From: Macrostomum lignano
Taxonomy: Eukaryota
DNA: 64,000 nucleotides
Direction of reading: 5' to 3'
NCBI GenBank assembly: GCA_002269645.1
Contig: NIVC01002156.1
Location: forward strand, 134,576 to 198,575
Below, one piece after another: positions 1 through 21,519 of the stretch. A program made the translations under genes and the position numbers. Under the pieces are notes generated by a model that made no database searches, was not told the DNA's origin, and saw only the letters and a program-made list of their open reading frames with translations. Position 1 is the stretch's first letter; the number at the start of each line of letters is the position of its first letter.

Positions 1-43
<43 letters not shown>

Positions 44-61
44 ATTAATTGATTAATTAAC

Positions 62-124
<63 letters not shown>

Positions 125-128
125 CTGA
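1..128. repeat. (TAGA)n then (TGAT)n microsatellites
   Basis: Directly visible tetranucleotide runs at 1-42 and ~61-125. Confidence 0.97.
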
Positions 129-879
129 CTCGATACACTCAAGCAAGCTAATCTCTGGACAGTCTAGTAAGAAATTCGTTTGAGAGAAATTGTATACACA
201 ATAACTCATCAAACCAGCATATAATGGGTAGTAGTTACCCTCTGAACTACGCCAATGGGAGAACTTTCCCTTCAACCCCAGCAACAAACAACCTCGTCTC
301 CCCATTTAATTTCCCAAGTGACAGTCCAAATTTAGACCCCGACTGGCTTGTTGGTGGTTAACTGAGCAGCCTCGAGGGGAATAAATTAACAGTAAAGCTG
401 GTGGAATGGGCGCCAATCGCGAACTCCATTGCCCAGTGGAATCTCCGCACCCCGCAGGGGGGTTCGCGCTAGTCCACATATACTAAGTTGATATACGCTG
501 CGGTCGCGGAGCAGATAGAATAAGATTCAGTAAATTTAGCTTTTGGCTAAACGGATCGCTGAAGAGCTGAGAGGGGTGCGGGGGGTAGAAATCTTTGCAA
601 TCAGGCTGGCTTTGCATTGGGAGATCTCACTCCCACGCACACAGGCTTTATACAGCTTTATACAAAAAAATCGAAGCCTGCATATTCGTTGGGATCTTAC
701 TACGCTCGTATATGTATATCAAAATACTTGAGATAACGAGTATTATTTTGCTGTGTTATTCATATTCCATTGGGATCTTCAAGTTATAGATAAATACGGG
801 AGGTTTATTCCTAATCTTAGGGAAGAGCTGATGGCGTTGGAACACTTGAATTATAACGGTCTTGACTCTGTGACTGGCT

Positions 880-1350
880 GTGAAGGGGAGAGAGTGAAGG
901 GAGCAGAGAGTGAAGGGATCAGGAAATGAAGGAAGAAGAGAGTGAAGGGAGCAGAGAGTGAAGGGATCAGGAAATGAAGGAAGAAGAGAGTGAAAGGAGC
1001 AGAGAGTGAAGGGCGCAGAGAGTGAAAGGAGCAGAGAGTGAAAGGAGCAGAGAGTGAAGGGAGCAGAGAGTGAAGGGATCAGGAAATGAAGGAAGAAGAG
1101 AGTGAAAGGAGCAGAGAGTGAAGGGCGCAGAGAGTGAAAGGAGCAGAGAGTGAAGGGAGCAGAGAGTGAAAGGAGCAGAGAGTGAAGGGAGCAGAGAGTG
1201 AAGGAAGAAGAGAGTGAAAGGAGCAGAGAGTGAAGGGAGCAGAGAGTGAAAAGAGCAGAGAGTGAAGGGAGCAGAGAGTGAAAGGAGCAGAGAGTGAAAA
1301 GAGCAGAGAGTGAAGGGAGCAGAGGGTGAAGAGAGCAGAGAGTGAAGTGA
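880..1350. repeat. Purine-rich ~18-20 bp minisatellite (GAGTGAAGGGAGCAGA core)
   Basis: Tandem agagtgaagggagcag / agagtgaaaggagcag units. Confidence 0.93.
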
Positions 1351-1954
1351 GGAGGTATTGCAAAGTCACTTGACTTTCATTCCTGCGCAGTTTAGCAGTC
1401 CAACAAGCCGTTTGATTCACTCACTTATCTCTCTCTCTCTCCAGCTCTGGCTTGCACTGCGCATTTTTGGCATTGGCCTGTTGTGCAGGGGCCTTCAATG
1501 CACAGACAGGGATTGCATAACAGCAGAAAATATGAATTCACCCCCTCCCCTAGTACCATATAGAGCTGAAATTGACTTGCGTATAAAGCTTCAGGCCTTG
1601 GTGGCAATCTAGCTAGTATATAGAGCATTTCATCTACCCGAGCCTTGTTCTGGTGCTAAAATCCAGTCAGTCAGTCAGTCAGTCAATCAAGCGCTTCCAA
1701 GCGCAGATATTGGCTCTCCTTCCCGAACGCAAAAACGCGTGGCCTTCAACAGAAAAAATGGACGGACCCCCTAACCGAGTCGAATGGTTGGGAGATGTTA
1801 CGTAATGCCTAATGTATAGGACACAGCTGTTTTGCTCGGAATACGATCTCATCTAGACAGTTATATAGAGGGAGGATCAAGACCAATTTCATAGATTTCA
1901 TACTTTTTGTTCGTGCTGCCTGCATTTAGCTACTGACAATTTACTGACTGACTG

Positions 1955-2605
1955 AAGGGAGAGAGAGTGAAGGGAGAGTGAAGGGAGAGAGCGAAGGGAG
2001 AGAGTGAAGGGAGAAATTAAAGGGAAAGAGTGAAGGGGAGAGTAAAGGGAGAGGGAGAGAGCGGAGGGAGAGATTGGAGGGAGAGATTAAAGGGAGAGAG
2101 TGAAGGGAGAGAGTGAAGAGAGAGATTGAAGGGGGAGATTGGAGGGAGAGATTAAAGGGAGAGAGTGAAGGGAGAGAGTGAAGGGAGAGAGTGAAGGGAG
2201 AGTGAAGGGAGAGAGTGAAGGGTTGAGAGTGAAGAGAGAGAGTAAAGGGAGAGAGTGAAGGGAGAGAGAGTGAAGGGAGAGTGAAGGGAGAGAGTGAAGG
2301 GAGAGATTGAAGGGAGAGTGTAGGGAGAGAGTGAAGAGAGAGAGTGAAGGGAGAGAGAGTGAAGGGAGAGAGCGAAGGGAGAGAGTGAAGGGAGAGAGTG
2401 AAGGGAGAGATTGAAGGGAAAGATTGAAGGGAGAGAGTGAAGGGAGAGGGTGAAGGGAGGGAGTGAAGGGAGAGAGTGAAGGGAGAGATTGAAGGGAAAG
2501 ATTGAAGGGAGAGATTTAAGGGAGAGAGTGAAGGGAGAGTGAAGGGAGAGTGAAGGGAGAGAGTGAAGGGTTGAGAGTGAAGAGAGAGAGTAAAGGGAGA
2601 GAGTG
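1955..2605. repeat. Purine-rich ~13 bp minisatellite (GAGAGTGAAGGGA)
   Basis: Dozens of gagagtgaaggga units with gattgaaggga variants. Confidence 0.93.
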
Positions 2606-3299
2606 ATTAATCAATCGTTCTTGAATCTCCAACACCCGACAGAGATTCTCCCACATAATATATCCCAAACAAATCTGTTCCCGCATCGTCATCAGTAAAA
2701 CTTTGCTGGCCCCCAGCCTCCCCCTCTCTCGAATGAGTCATCAAAAGCCGAAGCGGTGTAGTATTCGTACGCCACTTTTATAAGCAGAGAAAAACACACA
2801 CAGAGATTTCAAACGCACGAACCAAAACATAAGCGGGCCGTTTTTAAGAGGCCTGACTTGTCCTAAACTCCCTAGATTGTAACTTAGCTTTCATGCCAAT
2901 GGTGGCCTGGTCACACACTGAGCATCTGCATGCAGTATAAGCTGCAGTGTGGGAACGGTAGCACCATTTGTGCTGAATGGTACCACTTACAGTTATATAT
3001 GCAGTACTTGCTGTACTTGCAATATTTATAGCAGATTAATCAGCTACCAAGTGAACTAATGTTCCTCTTTCCCTCGAAGATGAAATTCCCCTCCCCTCTG
3101 AAATATTGCCCCCCTCCTATCTCAATGATAGATCTGGCTGTGATGCTGATCTCTCAGGGGGACCGCAGTTGCGTATCGAAAAAAAACTGCTGCAAAAGAG
3201 GAAAGGTCATTTCGGTATCTGGGATGAAGCCAACCTCAAACCCTGCTGGCGTCTTGAAATAATATTGACAAGCCAATTTTTTGACGCCGTCTGACACCC

Positions 3300-3765
3300 A
3301 ACATTGACGCTATCTGATACCCAACATCGGCGCTATCTGACACTCGATTTCGGCGCTATCTGAAATCCAAATGTGGCGCTATCTGACATTTATTTTGGGC
3401 GCTATCTGACACTTAACTTTGGGCGCTATCTGACACTTAACTTTGGGCGCTATCTGACACTTGATTTTGGCACTATCTGACACTTGATTTTGGCGCTATC
3501 TGACACTTAATTTTTTCGCTATCTGACACTTGATTTTGGCGCTATCTGACACTTAATTTTTTCGCTATCTGACACTTGATTTTGGCGCTATCTGACACTT
3601 AATTTTTGCGCAATCTGACTCTTGATTTTGGCGCTATCTGACACATAATTTTGGCGCTATCTGACACTTGATTTTGGCGCTATCTGACACAAATTTAGCG
3701 CTATCTGACACTTAATTTTTGCGCTATCTGACACTTGATTTTGGCGCTATCTGACACCCAGTTTC
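3300..3765. repeat. ~23-25 bp minisatellite (GGCGCTATCTGACACTTGATTTT)
   Basis: About 19 tandem units; related to the reverse complement of the 54590-55295 array. Confidence 0.93.
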
Positions 3766-4379
3766 AGCTATTGACGAACTTTTTTGCTTTACATTGCCCT
3801 ACAAAAATTGAACTTGTGGTGGTAGATGAAGGACACAAACTGTCCTGAAATGTCAGAGGAAATTAAAAAAACAGTATGAGGTCAACCAGCTTATCTTTAG
3901 GAAAAATTCGCAAGAAATGCCAGCTTAAGAGGTTCCAGTAATCCACCAGCTTAGGCCCCCGTTTAAGCTTAATTCGCTGAAAGAAACTTGCCGCATTAAA
4001 AAGATAATAAATAAAAGTTAGTTAAGCGTTATTCTTGCAGTATATTTATCTACCTAACTTAGATGGAAGATGTTCGAAAAGGTGTAGAAGAAAGGGTTAA
4101 TTCAGGTCAACACCGTTTTTTCCAAGGTTAAACTGCCTGGTATAAGTTTTGACTGTTGTATACAAAGTTGATGTGCCGTGCAGAATCATACACACATTTT
4201 GTATCACGAAGGCAAGAAAATAAATTAATCTGAGGGTTGGGCCTAGGCAAAGACTTGTAGGTAGATATGTGGAAGTTTCTAGTCTTTAAGAAGCCATGGG
4301 TCATTAGATGAATAAGTTTTTTGAATCTGTGTGTTTTCCTAGAAATGCCGATTAGATTCTTGGAATTGTTGAGATAGAG

Positions 4380-4700
4380 AAGGGTAAGGAGGGTGAGACA
4401 GGGGAGGGTAAGGAGGGTAAGACGGGAGGGTGAGGAGGGTGAGACAGGGTAGGTGAGACAGGGGAGGGTGAGGAGGGTGAGACGGGGCTTGATGAAGGTA
4501 AGACAGAGGCTTTTTAAAGGAGGGTGAGACAGGGGGTTGAGGAGGGTGATACAGGGGAGGGAGGGAGGGTTGAGGAGGGTGAGATAGGGTAGGGTAAGGA
4601 GGGTGAGGAAGGTGAGACAATGGAGGGTGAGGGGTAAGACAGCAGAATGTGAAGAGGGTAAGACAGTGGAGGGTGAGACAGAGGATGATGAGACTGAAGA
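4380..4700. repeat. Degenerate GAGGGTGAGACAG repeat
   Basis: Repeated gagggtgag / gagacag motifs. Confidence 0.8.
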
Positions 4701-5239
4701 GGGGGATACTTTATGGTAAGAACTGCATATTTTTTAAGCGCCAAAGATCAGCCCGACTCAGTTAATTTATTCTTTTAAAAGCAAAAATTTGGAATATTGC
4801 AGAGTGGCAAATTCTGCAGGCCACAGCTAGATTAGCTGGCAAATTTGACAAATGCACTTTGACAGGCAGTCAGAGTCAATCACCGAGTTTCCCAACCCAA
4901 CAGCACTCGAATGTAATTTCATTGCGTTAGCGTTGGCTTGGCAGGTCATTTAAGGTCATATCCTCAGCGCTCGAAATTACTTCCATCAATTTATATTCGA
5001 GTATTTTGGTAGGGGCAAATATTTCCTATCTACCTTGGACTCCCAGCGTGCAGGTCAGGGAAGTGAAGGATAATTATTTCCGGTCAATTGATCTCTCCAA
5101 ACACCTGTTGGCACGGAGGTAACGGGAAACTAGAAAAGTTTTACGCTTTCAGAGAATATTTTTGAGCTAGACAGAGGGAGAAAATCGATTGGAAGAGAAA
5201 GGAGCGGGAGGGGAAAAGGGGGGTAGAAAAGAGGGAAGA

Positions 5240-5840
5240 TTTGAGAGGGAGAGATGAGAGGGAGAGATGAGAGGGAGAGATAAGAGGGAGAGATAAGAGG
5301 GAGAGATAAGAGGTAAAGATAAGAGGGAGAGATAAGAGGCAGAGATAAGAGGCAGAGATAAGAGGCAGAGATAAGAGGCAGAGATAAGAGGCAGAGATAA
5401 GAGGGAGAGATAAGAGGCAGAGATAAGAGGGAGAGATAAGAGGCAGAGATAAGAGGGAGAAATGAGAGGGAGAGATGAGAGGGAGAGATTAGAGGGAGAG
5501 ATAAGAGGGAGAGATAAGAGGGAGAGATAAGAGGGAGAGATAAGAGGGAGAGATGAGAGGGAGAGATAAGAGGGAGAGATAAGAGGGAGAGATGAGAGGG
5601 AGAGATAAGAGGGAGAGATGAGAGGGAGAGATAAGAGGGAGAGATAAGAGGCAGAGATAAGAGGGAGAAATGAGAGGGAGAGATGAGAGGGAGAGATTAG
5701 AGGGAGAGATAAGAGGGAGAGATAAGAGGGAGAGATAAGAGGGAGAGATAAGAGGGAGAGATGAGAGGGAGAGATAAGAGGGAGAGATAAGAGGGAGAGA
5801 TGAGAGGGAGAGATAAGAGGGAGAGATGAGAGGGAGGAGA
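5240..5840. repeat. 13 bp minisatellite (GAGGGAGAGATAA)
   Basis: Tandem gagggagagataa / gaggcagagataa / gagggagagatga units. Confidence 0.95.
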
Positions 5841-6377
5841 GGAAGCTAAAGCATGGGGAGATGAAGAGAAGGGAGAATGTAATATTAATGAGGTGAGATA
5901 GCTACATCAGTGTTACTCGAATATTATTTTTTAAGATTTCAAAGAAATTTTCGTAGAAAGCAGAATTTCTCCGCTGACCAAACCCCTTTATCCAGCGTTA
6001 TTGGCCCATGATCACCGATATGTATTATAAATAATTTCCCAACGCTACAAGAGAAGGAAAAATTACAAATTGTTGTGGTTTCGCCGTTCGGCTTGGACTA
6101 TTTTGGTTCACTTGGCGAACTATTTTTATGATACAAAGGGTAAAAAGATTTTATTCATAATATGCAAGTTTTTGGAGCGATATTATTTTATTATTATAAT
6201 TGCGAAATGCCCACTTCTGCGCAGTTTTCGCACTTCCTGCTGCTCCTTGCGCGCAAAAACTGTCTGTGTTTTAACCAATAAACGGAACACTGAAGTACCA
6301 AATACTGAACAGAAATTAATAGTCTCTAGCAGCTCTGGTCTGATAAAGTACTCTGAGCTTTAAAAAGCAGGGTACTC

Positions 6378-6681
6378 AAGCCCCTGGTGCTGAATTCCCA
6401 GGTGCTAAATACCCTGGTGCTAAAGTCCCTGGTGCTAAAGTCCCTGGTGCTGAAATCCCTGGTGCTAAAGCCCCTGGTGCTGAAATCCCTGGTGCTAAAG
6501 CCCCTGGTGCTGAAATCCCTGGTGCTAAAGCCCCTGGTGCTGAAATCCCTGGTGCTAAAGCCCCTGGTGCTGAAATCCCTGGTGCTAAAGTCACTGGTGC
6601 TAAAGCCTTGGTGCTAAATTCACTGGTGCTAAAGTCCCTGGTGCTAAAGCCTTGGTGCTGAAGCCCCTTGGTGCTAAAGCT
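6378..6681 (+). repeat. 15 bp minisatellite CCCTGGTGCTAAAGC family, locus 1
   Basis: About 20 units, ending ~33 bp upstream of the plexin acceptor at 6713-6714. Confidence 0.95.
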
Positions 6682-6714
6682 CAGCATCTTTCCAAACCGT
6701 CACTCCACCCGCAG

Positions 6715-15313
<8,599 letters not shown>

Positions 15314-17748
15314 AGACCTAAGGGGGAAGGCTGCCTTTAAAGTTGTTGTGCATGAAAAATCTTGTCAAATTCATACAAAACCTCACTCTATTCTCCACTG
15401 TTTGAGCAGACCTGCAGATTATTCAGTGCAATGCAATTATTATACATGTATCATTTCATATTTGATATTACGATTCTGATCAATCTGTGTTGGTATGTTA
15501 AAGTGTACGGGATTTCCCCGTTAAAAAACCTGTTCAATGTTTCAACGAGCAAGATTTGGTTTGTAGAGCATTTAATTTAGCAAAGGATATTTAACCGTTT
15601 TAACTTACACTTGACAGGAATAACAGCCTTACAGCATCAACAACCTTGTGGAATCAAAAACTCTACGGAATCACCACTCACAACTACATGTAACGAACAG
15701 CCCACAAGGAACCGACCTCTTCACAGAGCCCACTTGTGGGAGCGAACAACCCACAAGGAACCAATGACCCCACGGAGCCCCACAGCCCTACACTGAATCA
15801 ACAATCCACAACTTCACGAAAACCGAAAACCACAGTCCCACGGAACCAACAACCCCACATCGCCTCAATAACAGCCTACGATTATAGTAGCTAAATGGCT
15901 AGATTTCAAGTCCGTTAAAATTGGCACAAAAATATCTATTTTCTATCAATACAGGTGTAAAATCATCTTTATCTCGCTTATGCAATATGCAAAAAACACG
16001 TTCAAAATATCAGTTTGCTGCCTCAATTGAAAAAAATTGCTACAGCAGAAGTCGCTTCGCAAAGTTATGCTTCCGCAATATTAACAAGCCGCTTACTAAA
16101 TATTATTGCTACTATAATAAATTATTGTAAAAGTGAGCATCGGATGTCTTTTGTGGCTTTTTTATCGCTTTCTGCAAGTGCATATATATTGTAAATTTTT
16201 TACAGCACATTGCAGTACATGCCGATCCTCTTTGTATTCTTTTTCCATGTGCAAACACATATTTGTATTTATTCTTTTCAACGCTTTCATGCTTTACAAG
16301 CGTAGTTAGTTAGAAGCCAAACTATAATGCTCCTAAATCGATTGATTCGAATTTGTTTTACGAAATTGTAAAATAAAAAGCGTAAAATAACAAGCACATG
16401 TTGCTATTTACAGTATTAAAAAACAAGATTGCCTCATGGAAGTGTTTTACTTTTATTTAGTCTAGAGTATATTGGTCGCTTTATTTTTGTGTCATGTACA
16501 TTTAAATCAATTTTGCCGACGAAGCAAGATCGAGGTCGTCTGGACCGGCGGGGCGATGCAGTACGTGCCTCATTGGTGACTCGCTCGACAGCGTGTTGCT
16601 CGGGCGAGATTGTCAGAGTCCGGGTCTTGGCTTTTGACTACAGGACTGCCCTCACAGAACGAAACGCAGCCCAGGCAAGCCTGCCGTGCTACCGCAGATC
16701 CTCGCGGACGCTGGGAACCAAACTGCCAAGGTTAGATGAACTGCTGACAACGCGAAAGAGGCTGAGAACCCTGAGAATTTAGAATGCATATTGAAAACGG
16801 ATGACTGCAGGAGGATATTGATCAATGAAGTTGCGAGTAAAAGTACGTAAATGTAGTAAGAACGAATTAATGCGATTACGGAGGTTGTAAAATTGGCATG
16901 AAAAATGTTATTGCAGCATGCTTCGAGTTCTTTAATTTTACAGTTGTTCTAATATTCACTATACAGAATTGATTTGACCATCTGAAACACAGGAAAGATT
17001 CACGTAAACCAAAGCCGTTTGCGTCTGTAGTAGACGTAATAAAATATCAGCCAAAGAAGATTATAGAACAATTAAGATTTTTTTCTAGCCTGCCGAGACT
17101 AAAGAAATATTGAGCATTTTTCGGGCGAAGAACTCATTTTAGTCTACAGACTGGAAATGGCACAGTACGGGTCGCAGCAGATGAAAGTTGGAGCAAAAAT
17201 CTGCCCTTGCGCTCTGCAGCCCCACTGAGCTGGTTGACAATGAGCACTATACTGTGTGCACATGATTGAGCAATATATTTTCTTAGACTATTTTGCTTAC
17301 GTCTCTTTCTCTCTTTGCCTGCTCATTTTTTCCTGCCTCTGCAGTCTTTTAAAAGCGTCCATAAACATAGGCGATGCATAATACACTGCAGAAAAATTTT
17401 TTATAAGGTGCGCGCGGCATCTAAGCACGATTGTAAAAATTACAATAATAGACTTCTATTTGCCGCGTTGTTGGTAACTACTTCAACACTGTTTACGTAC
17501 ATATACGCAGCATATGTTTAATTCCAGGGGAGGATTCTGTAAAATATCAATCTAAGTTGGTAAGTTTTTACTTGAACGCTGCATCCATTCAATATTCGCT
17601 GTCGTATTTGAATTAGGCCAGAAAGACAAAATCGATTATAAGATTACCGACAGCCGTAAAGCTTGCCAATCAACAAATTCATACGCAAACTCGTCTCGTC
17701 TCCCTCTTTATTTTGCAGACCTTTAAAGCGCGCGATAGAACGCTTGCA

Positions 17749-20118
17749 ATGTCCAATCAGCCAGAGAAGCAGTCGGGTGAGCTCAGGCGAGCCGGCAGTC
17801 AAATCCCGTCGCAGGCCACGGCCTCGGCAGCTGCAGCGGCAGTCGCCGCACCGACATTCTTCAGCAGGACCAGCACCTTTTCGAAAACTTTGACAGAGCG
17901 CGAGAAAACTATCGTGACAGAAATGTTCGATAGTCGACAAAGAAACGCTACAAGAACTATGCTTGACAATCTGATGGAGAAAAGGCCAGAAGATGAGGAT
18001 GCCAACGAGCAAGAGGTGGAGCCTGGAAGCGAAGAGGTCGCGGGGACGAAGACGGAGGCTCAACCTCAAGGCGAGCAGGCGACAGCGGAGGTGGACGTTG
18101 AAAAACGACGTCGTAAAAAGCGTCGCCGTCTTAAGCCAGGAGAATTCGATTTCTCAGACGTGACAGATCCGCGAAATCTGACGCAACTGACGCAGCTACG
18201 GTTGCGACCGCACGAACTTCAGGGCTCTTGGTCGCAAAAGCTGTACAGTCTGGTGTGTCGACGCCTGTCCCTAGCGCCGCGACAGTACATTCGGGACACC
18301 CTAGCCAAGGCTAAGCTCGTCTTGGCTAATAAATTCTCCCAAAGTGAGGAGATCCTATCCATAGCCGTCAGCATGACGGACAATCGGACCCTCACCTGCG
18401 TTGAAATAGTGGACAACAAGCTGGATACAAAGAGCATCGCGTACTTGTGCCACGCCGTATGGGAGTGCGCCAGCATCAACAGCTTCACTCTGGCTGGCAA
18501 TGAGTTCACAGACGAAGGCCTGTCAATCGTGATCGAATTACTGGTTGCAACCCGGCACCTGCATACGGTATCGCTGAGGGACAATCGAATCCGCGACGTG
18601 CACGGTCCGAAAATTGCGGAGCTACTTGAGCAAAACCGTAGCATCACCAATCTGGACTTAAGCTACAACCAGCTCGGAGACACGGCTGCGCAGTACATCG
18701 GCCCGGCTTTGGCTGAGAACGACCGAGTTCGACACCTGAACCTCAACTGGAACTGCTTCAGGTCCGTTGGCGTTCGTCTGCTTACCAGAAACCTAAACGA
18801 GAACATTGCCCTGCGGGAATTGACCCTGAAAATGAACGGCTTGGGCATCGAGGGTGCCGGCTACGTGGCCAAATACCTGGCAACTAACGAGACTCTGTTT
18901 AGCATCGATTTGAGCAGCAATCGAATTGGCGACTTTGGCTTCGAGCTGATCTCGAAAATGGTCGCTAAGAACTACTCACTGAAGGAGATTAAAATTGGTC
19001 ATAACACTGTCAGCACTTCCGGTGTTTACAAAGTGCTTGAGGCTTTCCATAGGAACAAGGATTCTGATCTCAGGATTTTGGACTTTGAAGGCAACTACAT
19101 GCACAGTAGTTTTACAGTGTACTTTCGGTTTGTTTGCACTTCTGAAAGAAGTACCTGCTGAGTTTAATACCTTTGAATCTACTCGTCAAGATTTGACTTG
19201 TTATCCAGAATTTCCCGCTAAAATTTGCAAAGTTTACACATATGATTTTAGGCAATCATTTCGCTCATAAGCAGGAAAGTATTAATGGAATGAAATTTTT
19301 GTCTTAAAATATTTAAGTGCAAAATCTAGGGGCGTAGCCAGGTAAAAATATAATGGGGCGCCCTCAGCCCCTTAAGCAACTGGAAAAGGTATACATGGTG
19401 CTTCTAACAGTAACTTGAACGATCCTGGTGCTAAAGCCCCTGGTGCTGGCGCCCATGGTGCTAAAGCCCCTGGTGCTAAAGACCCTGTGCTAAAGCCCTT
19501 GTCTGCTAAAGCCCTGGCGCTGGCGCCCAGAAAAAATGAACCCCTCTGCAACCCTCCTTATAATAATTAGTTATATTGTACAGAAACGGCTACGTGCCTT
19601 TGAGAAAAGTACACCCTTCAAAGCCTCAATGTACATGCTTGCCAACTGCAGGTCTCTACATGGACAAGAAGTGCTTGGAGCTGATCGACGCCATCAAGGA
19701 GGAGCGGCCGCACACCTACTTCGTGATGCACGGCACTATCGAGCGCGGCACCGAGCACAAAACCAAGGAGCTCATCCGCGGCATCATCGACCACGACAGT
19801 CCGCTGGAGATTCTGCGTTTTTACGTTGAACAAACTGGCAGCCGCCTTGTTGACGTGTTCAACATCTTCGACACAGAGAAGAACAACGCGATCACAAAGA
19901 GTGACTTGGTTCGAGGCCTAGAGAAGATCAACGTGATATTCACACAGGAGCAGGTGGACATCTTATTCGACGAACTGGACGCTGACAAATCTGGCGACAT
20001 CGACTTTGGCGAGCTGATGGCCGGAGATCGCGAGGCGCGAAAGAATCTTCGGCGTAAAGGAAAATTCCACGCGACTGCTGTCAATCAAACTGCTGTGCCA
20101 GATTTTGTTGATATCTGA
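17749..20118 (+). CDS. LRRC74: RI-type leucine-rich repeat protein with C-terminal EF-hands (LRRC74A/B-like). Exons 17749-19090 and 19652-20118; probable GC-AG intron
   Basis: About 28-aa LRRs (ITNLDLSYNQLGDTAAQYIG, VRHLNLNWNCFRSVG, LRELTLKMNGLGIEG, LFSIDLSSNRIGDFG). EF-hand loop DADKSGDIDFGE. A phase-1 join gives LDFEG|LYMDKKCLEL. The family name comes from the domain architecture as I recall it. Confidence 0.82.
19425..19530 (+). repeat. CCTGGTGCTAAAGCC family, locus 2 (short, degenerate)
   Basis: About 6 units in the LRRC74-like intron. Confidence 0.85.
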
Positions 20119-21519
20119 TTTGATGATTCAAAGTGCTGAAGACAATTAAGGAACTTTAAATTAATGATATCGAAAAGTTAATTTATTATGTAAAGATACA
20201 GAAAATTGTGTTAAATACTTCATGCAGTATATGACAACGCTTGGGGAGAGAGATGGTGATCATGAACTGCACTGCTAGTAGCAAAGGCATTTTTCTTCCC
20301 TTTTCTTCTCCTAATCTCGCCATTTATATATTTCTTTGATCCTTGATCGGCCCCTACAGTGTATCTTTCCCATTCTTTCCTCCCTCTCCCTAGCTATCTT
20401 CTCCATTCTTATTCCTTCTGCCTTATCTTCCCATATTTTTCCTCCCCTCTCCCCGACATAAATTGTACATTTAAATGTATCTTCCCCAAATTATTTCTTT
20501 AATTTTTCATCACAGACACAAAATTGATCAGTAACTAATATAACAACTACCAAAATGCTTTTCGACGACAAAGTTTATCATCAACACAGGTCGGCCTCCA
20601 ACTTCTGTTGTTTTCCGGTCTCTAGTAGGCTGCACGCCATGTACCAGGTATCTTTTATCTACGCTAAAATTGGGGCTGCGGGACCATATAGTGACAGGAT
20701 GAGTGGGGGCTTAGGCCATGCAGGGAGTGCTGCATACAGGTAGGTGATTAATTTTCATATTAATGTATGTGCGACCAGCCTCTGATCAAGGGGATTAAGA
20801 AAGCCGAACCAATCAATGTCGTATACACGATATTGAGAAAGTCGAGATTTCTGGGTGAGAATTTCATAATATTGCATATTTGCAAGGTCCGTCGAAATGC
20901 GTGTGCACGCGTCAAAGCTGCAAAAAGGAAAGCAATGTACAGTACATGTATATGAAAAATATTACAGGATTGCTAAATATAATACGAGATGGTAATGAAA
21001 TAGGATCTCTGTCTCAATAAATTTTTTCTAGTAGCTAGAGCCGTTTCTTTGGGATGCTAATCCTTGTTTTGGAGACTGGATTGAGTTGATTCATCAAACG
21101 TTAATTTTTAAGAATCGCCTACTGATACGTTGTTGTGTAGGCCAAAGTGTGTATATAGATATAAGATATAAATGCATTTTTACTGAGTAATTTGTACTCT
21201 GTTGCTTTGCCTTTTAAAATCAGATATTTAGGTATTTGTTTATTTAGCTTTGGGCTTTTGTGGTGGTTTTTAACTTTCTTTAACATTTCAATTTTTCCGA
21301 CTAGCGGGCTTTAATTGCCTGAGCCAAACTTATTACTACTACACTAGGGGCCTATAACATAACAGAGCTTTATTTCCATAATTTATAATTTCGATAAGAT
21401 CCATAATTTTAGCATTTCAACAGTTGTATGTTTTTTATGTACGTTAGTGAGGCACTGATCAAAGGTAGATAAAACAGTGGTACATTATAAAAGTTTCTGT
21501 TAGACTTTCGACCACGACC

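Noticed and set aside
530-600. Hammerhead-like CTGAAGA...GAAA (also CTGATGA on the minus strand near 2690)
   Set aside because: No proper stem II closing pair or intact GAAA, and no stems I/III. My scan was by eye only.
1358-1612. 84-aa ORF with an internal acceptor-like site, as a plexin Sema exon
   Set aside because: No Sema similarity, it ends in a stop, and there is no donor.
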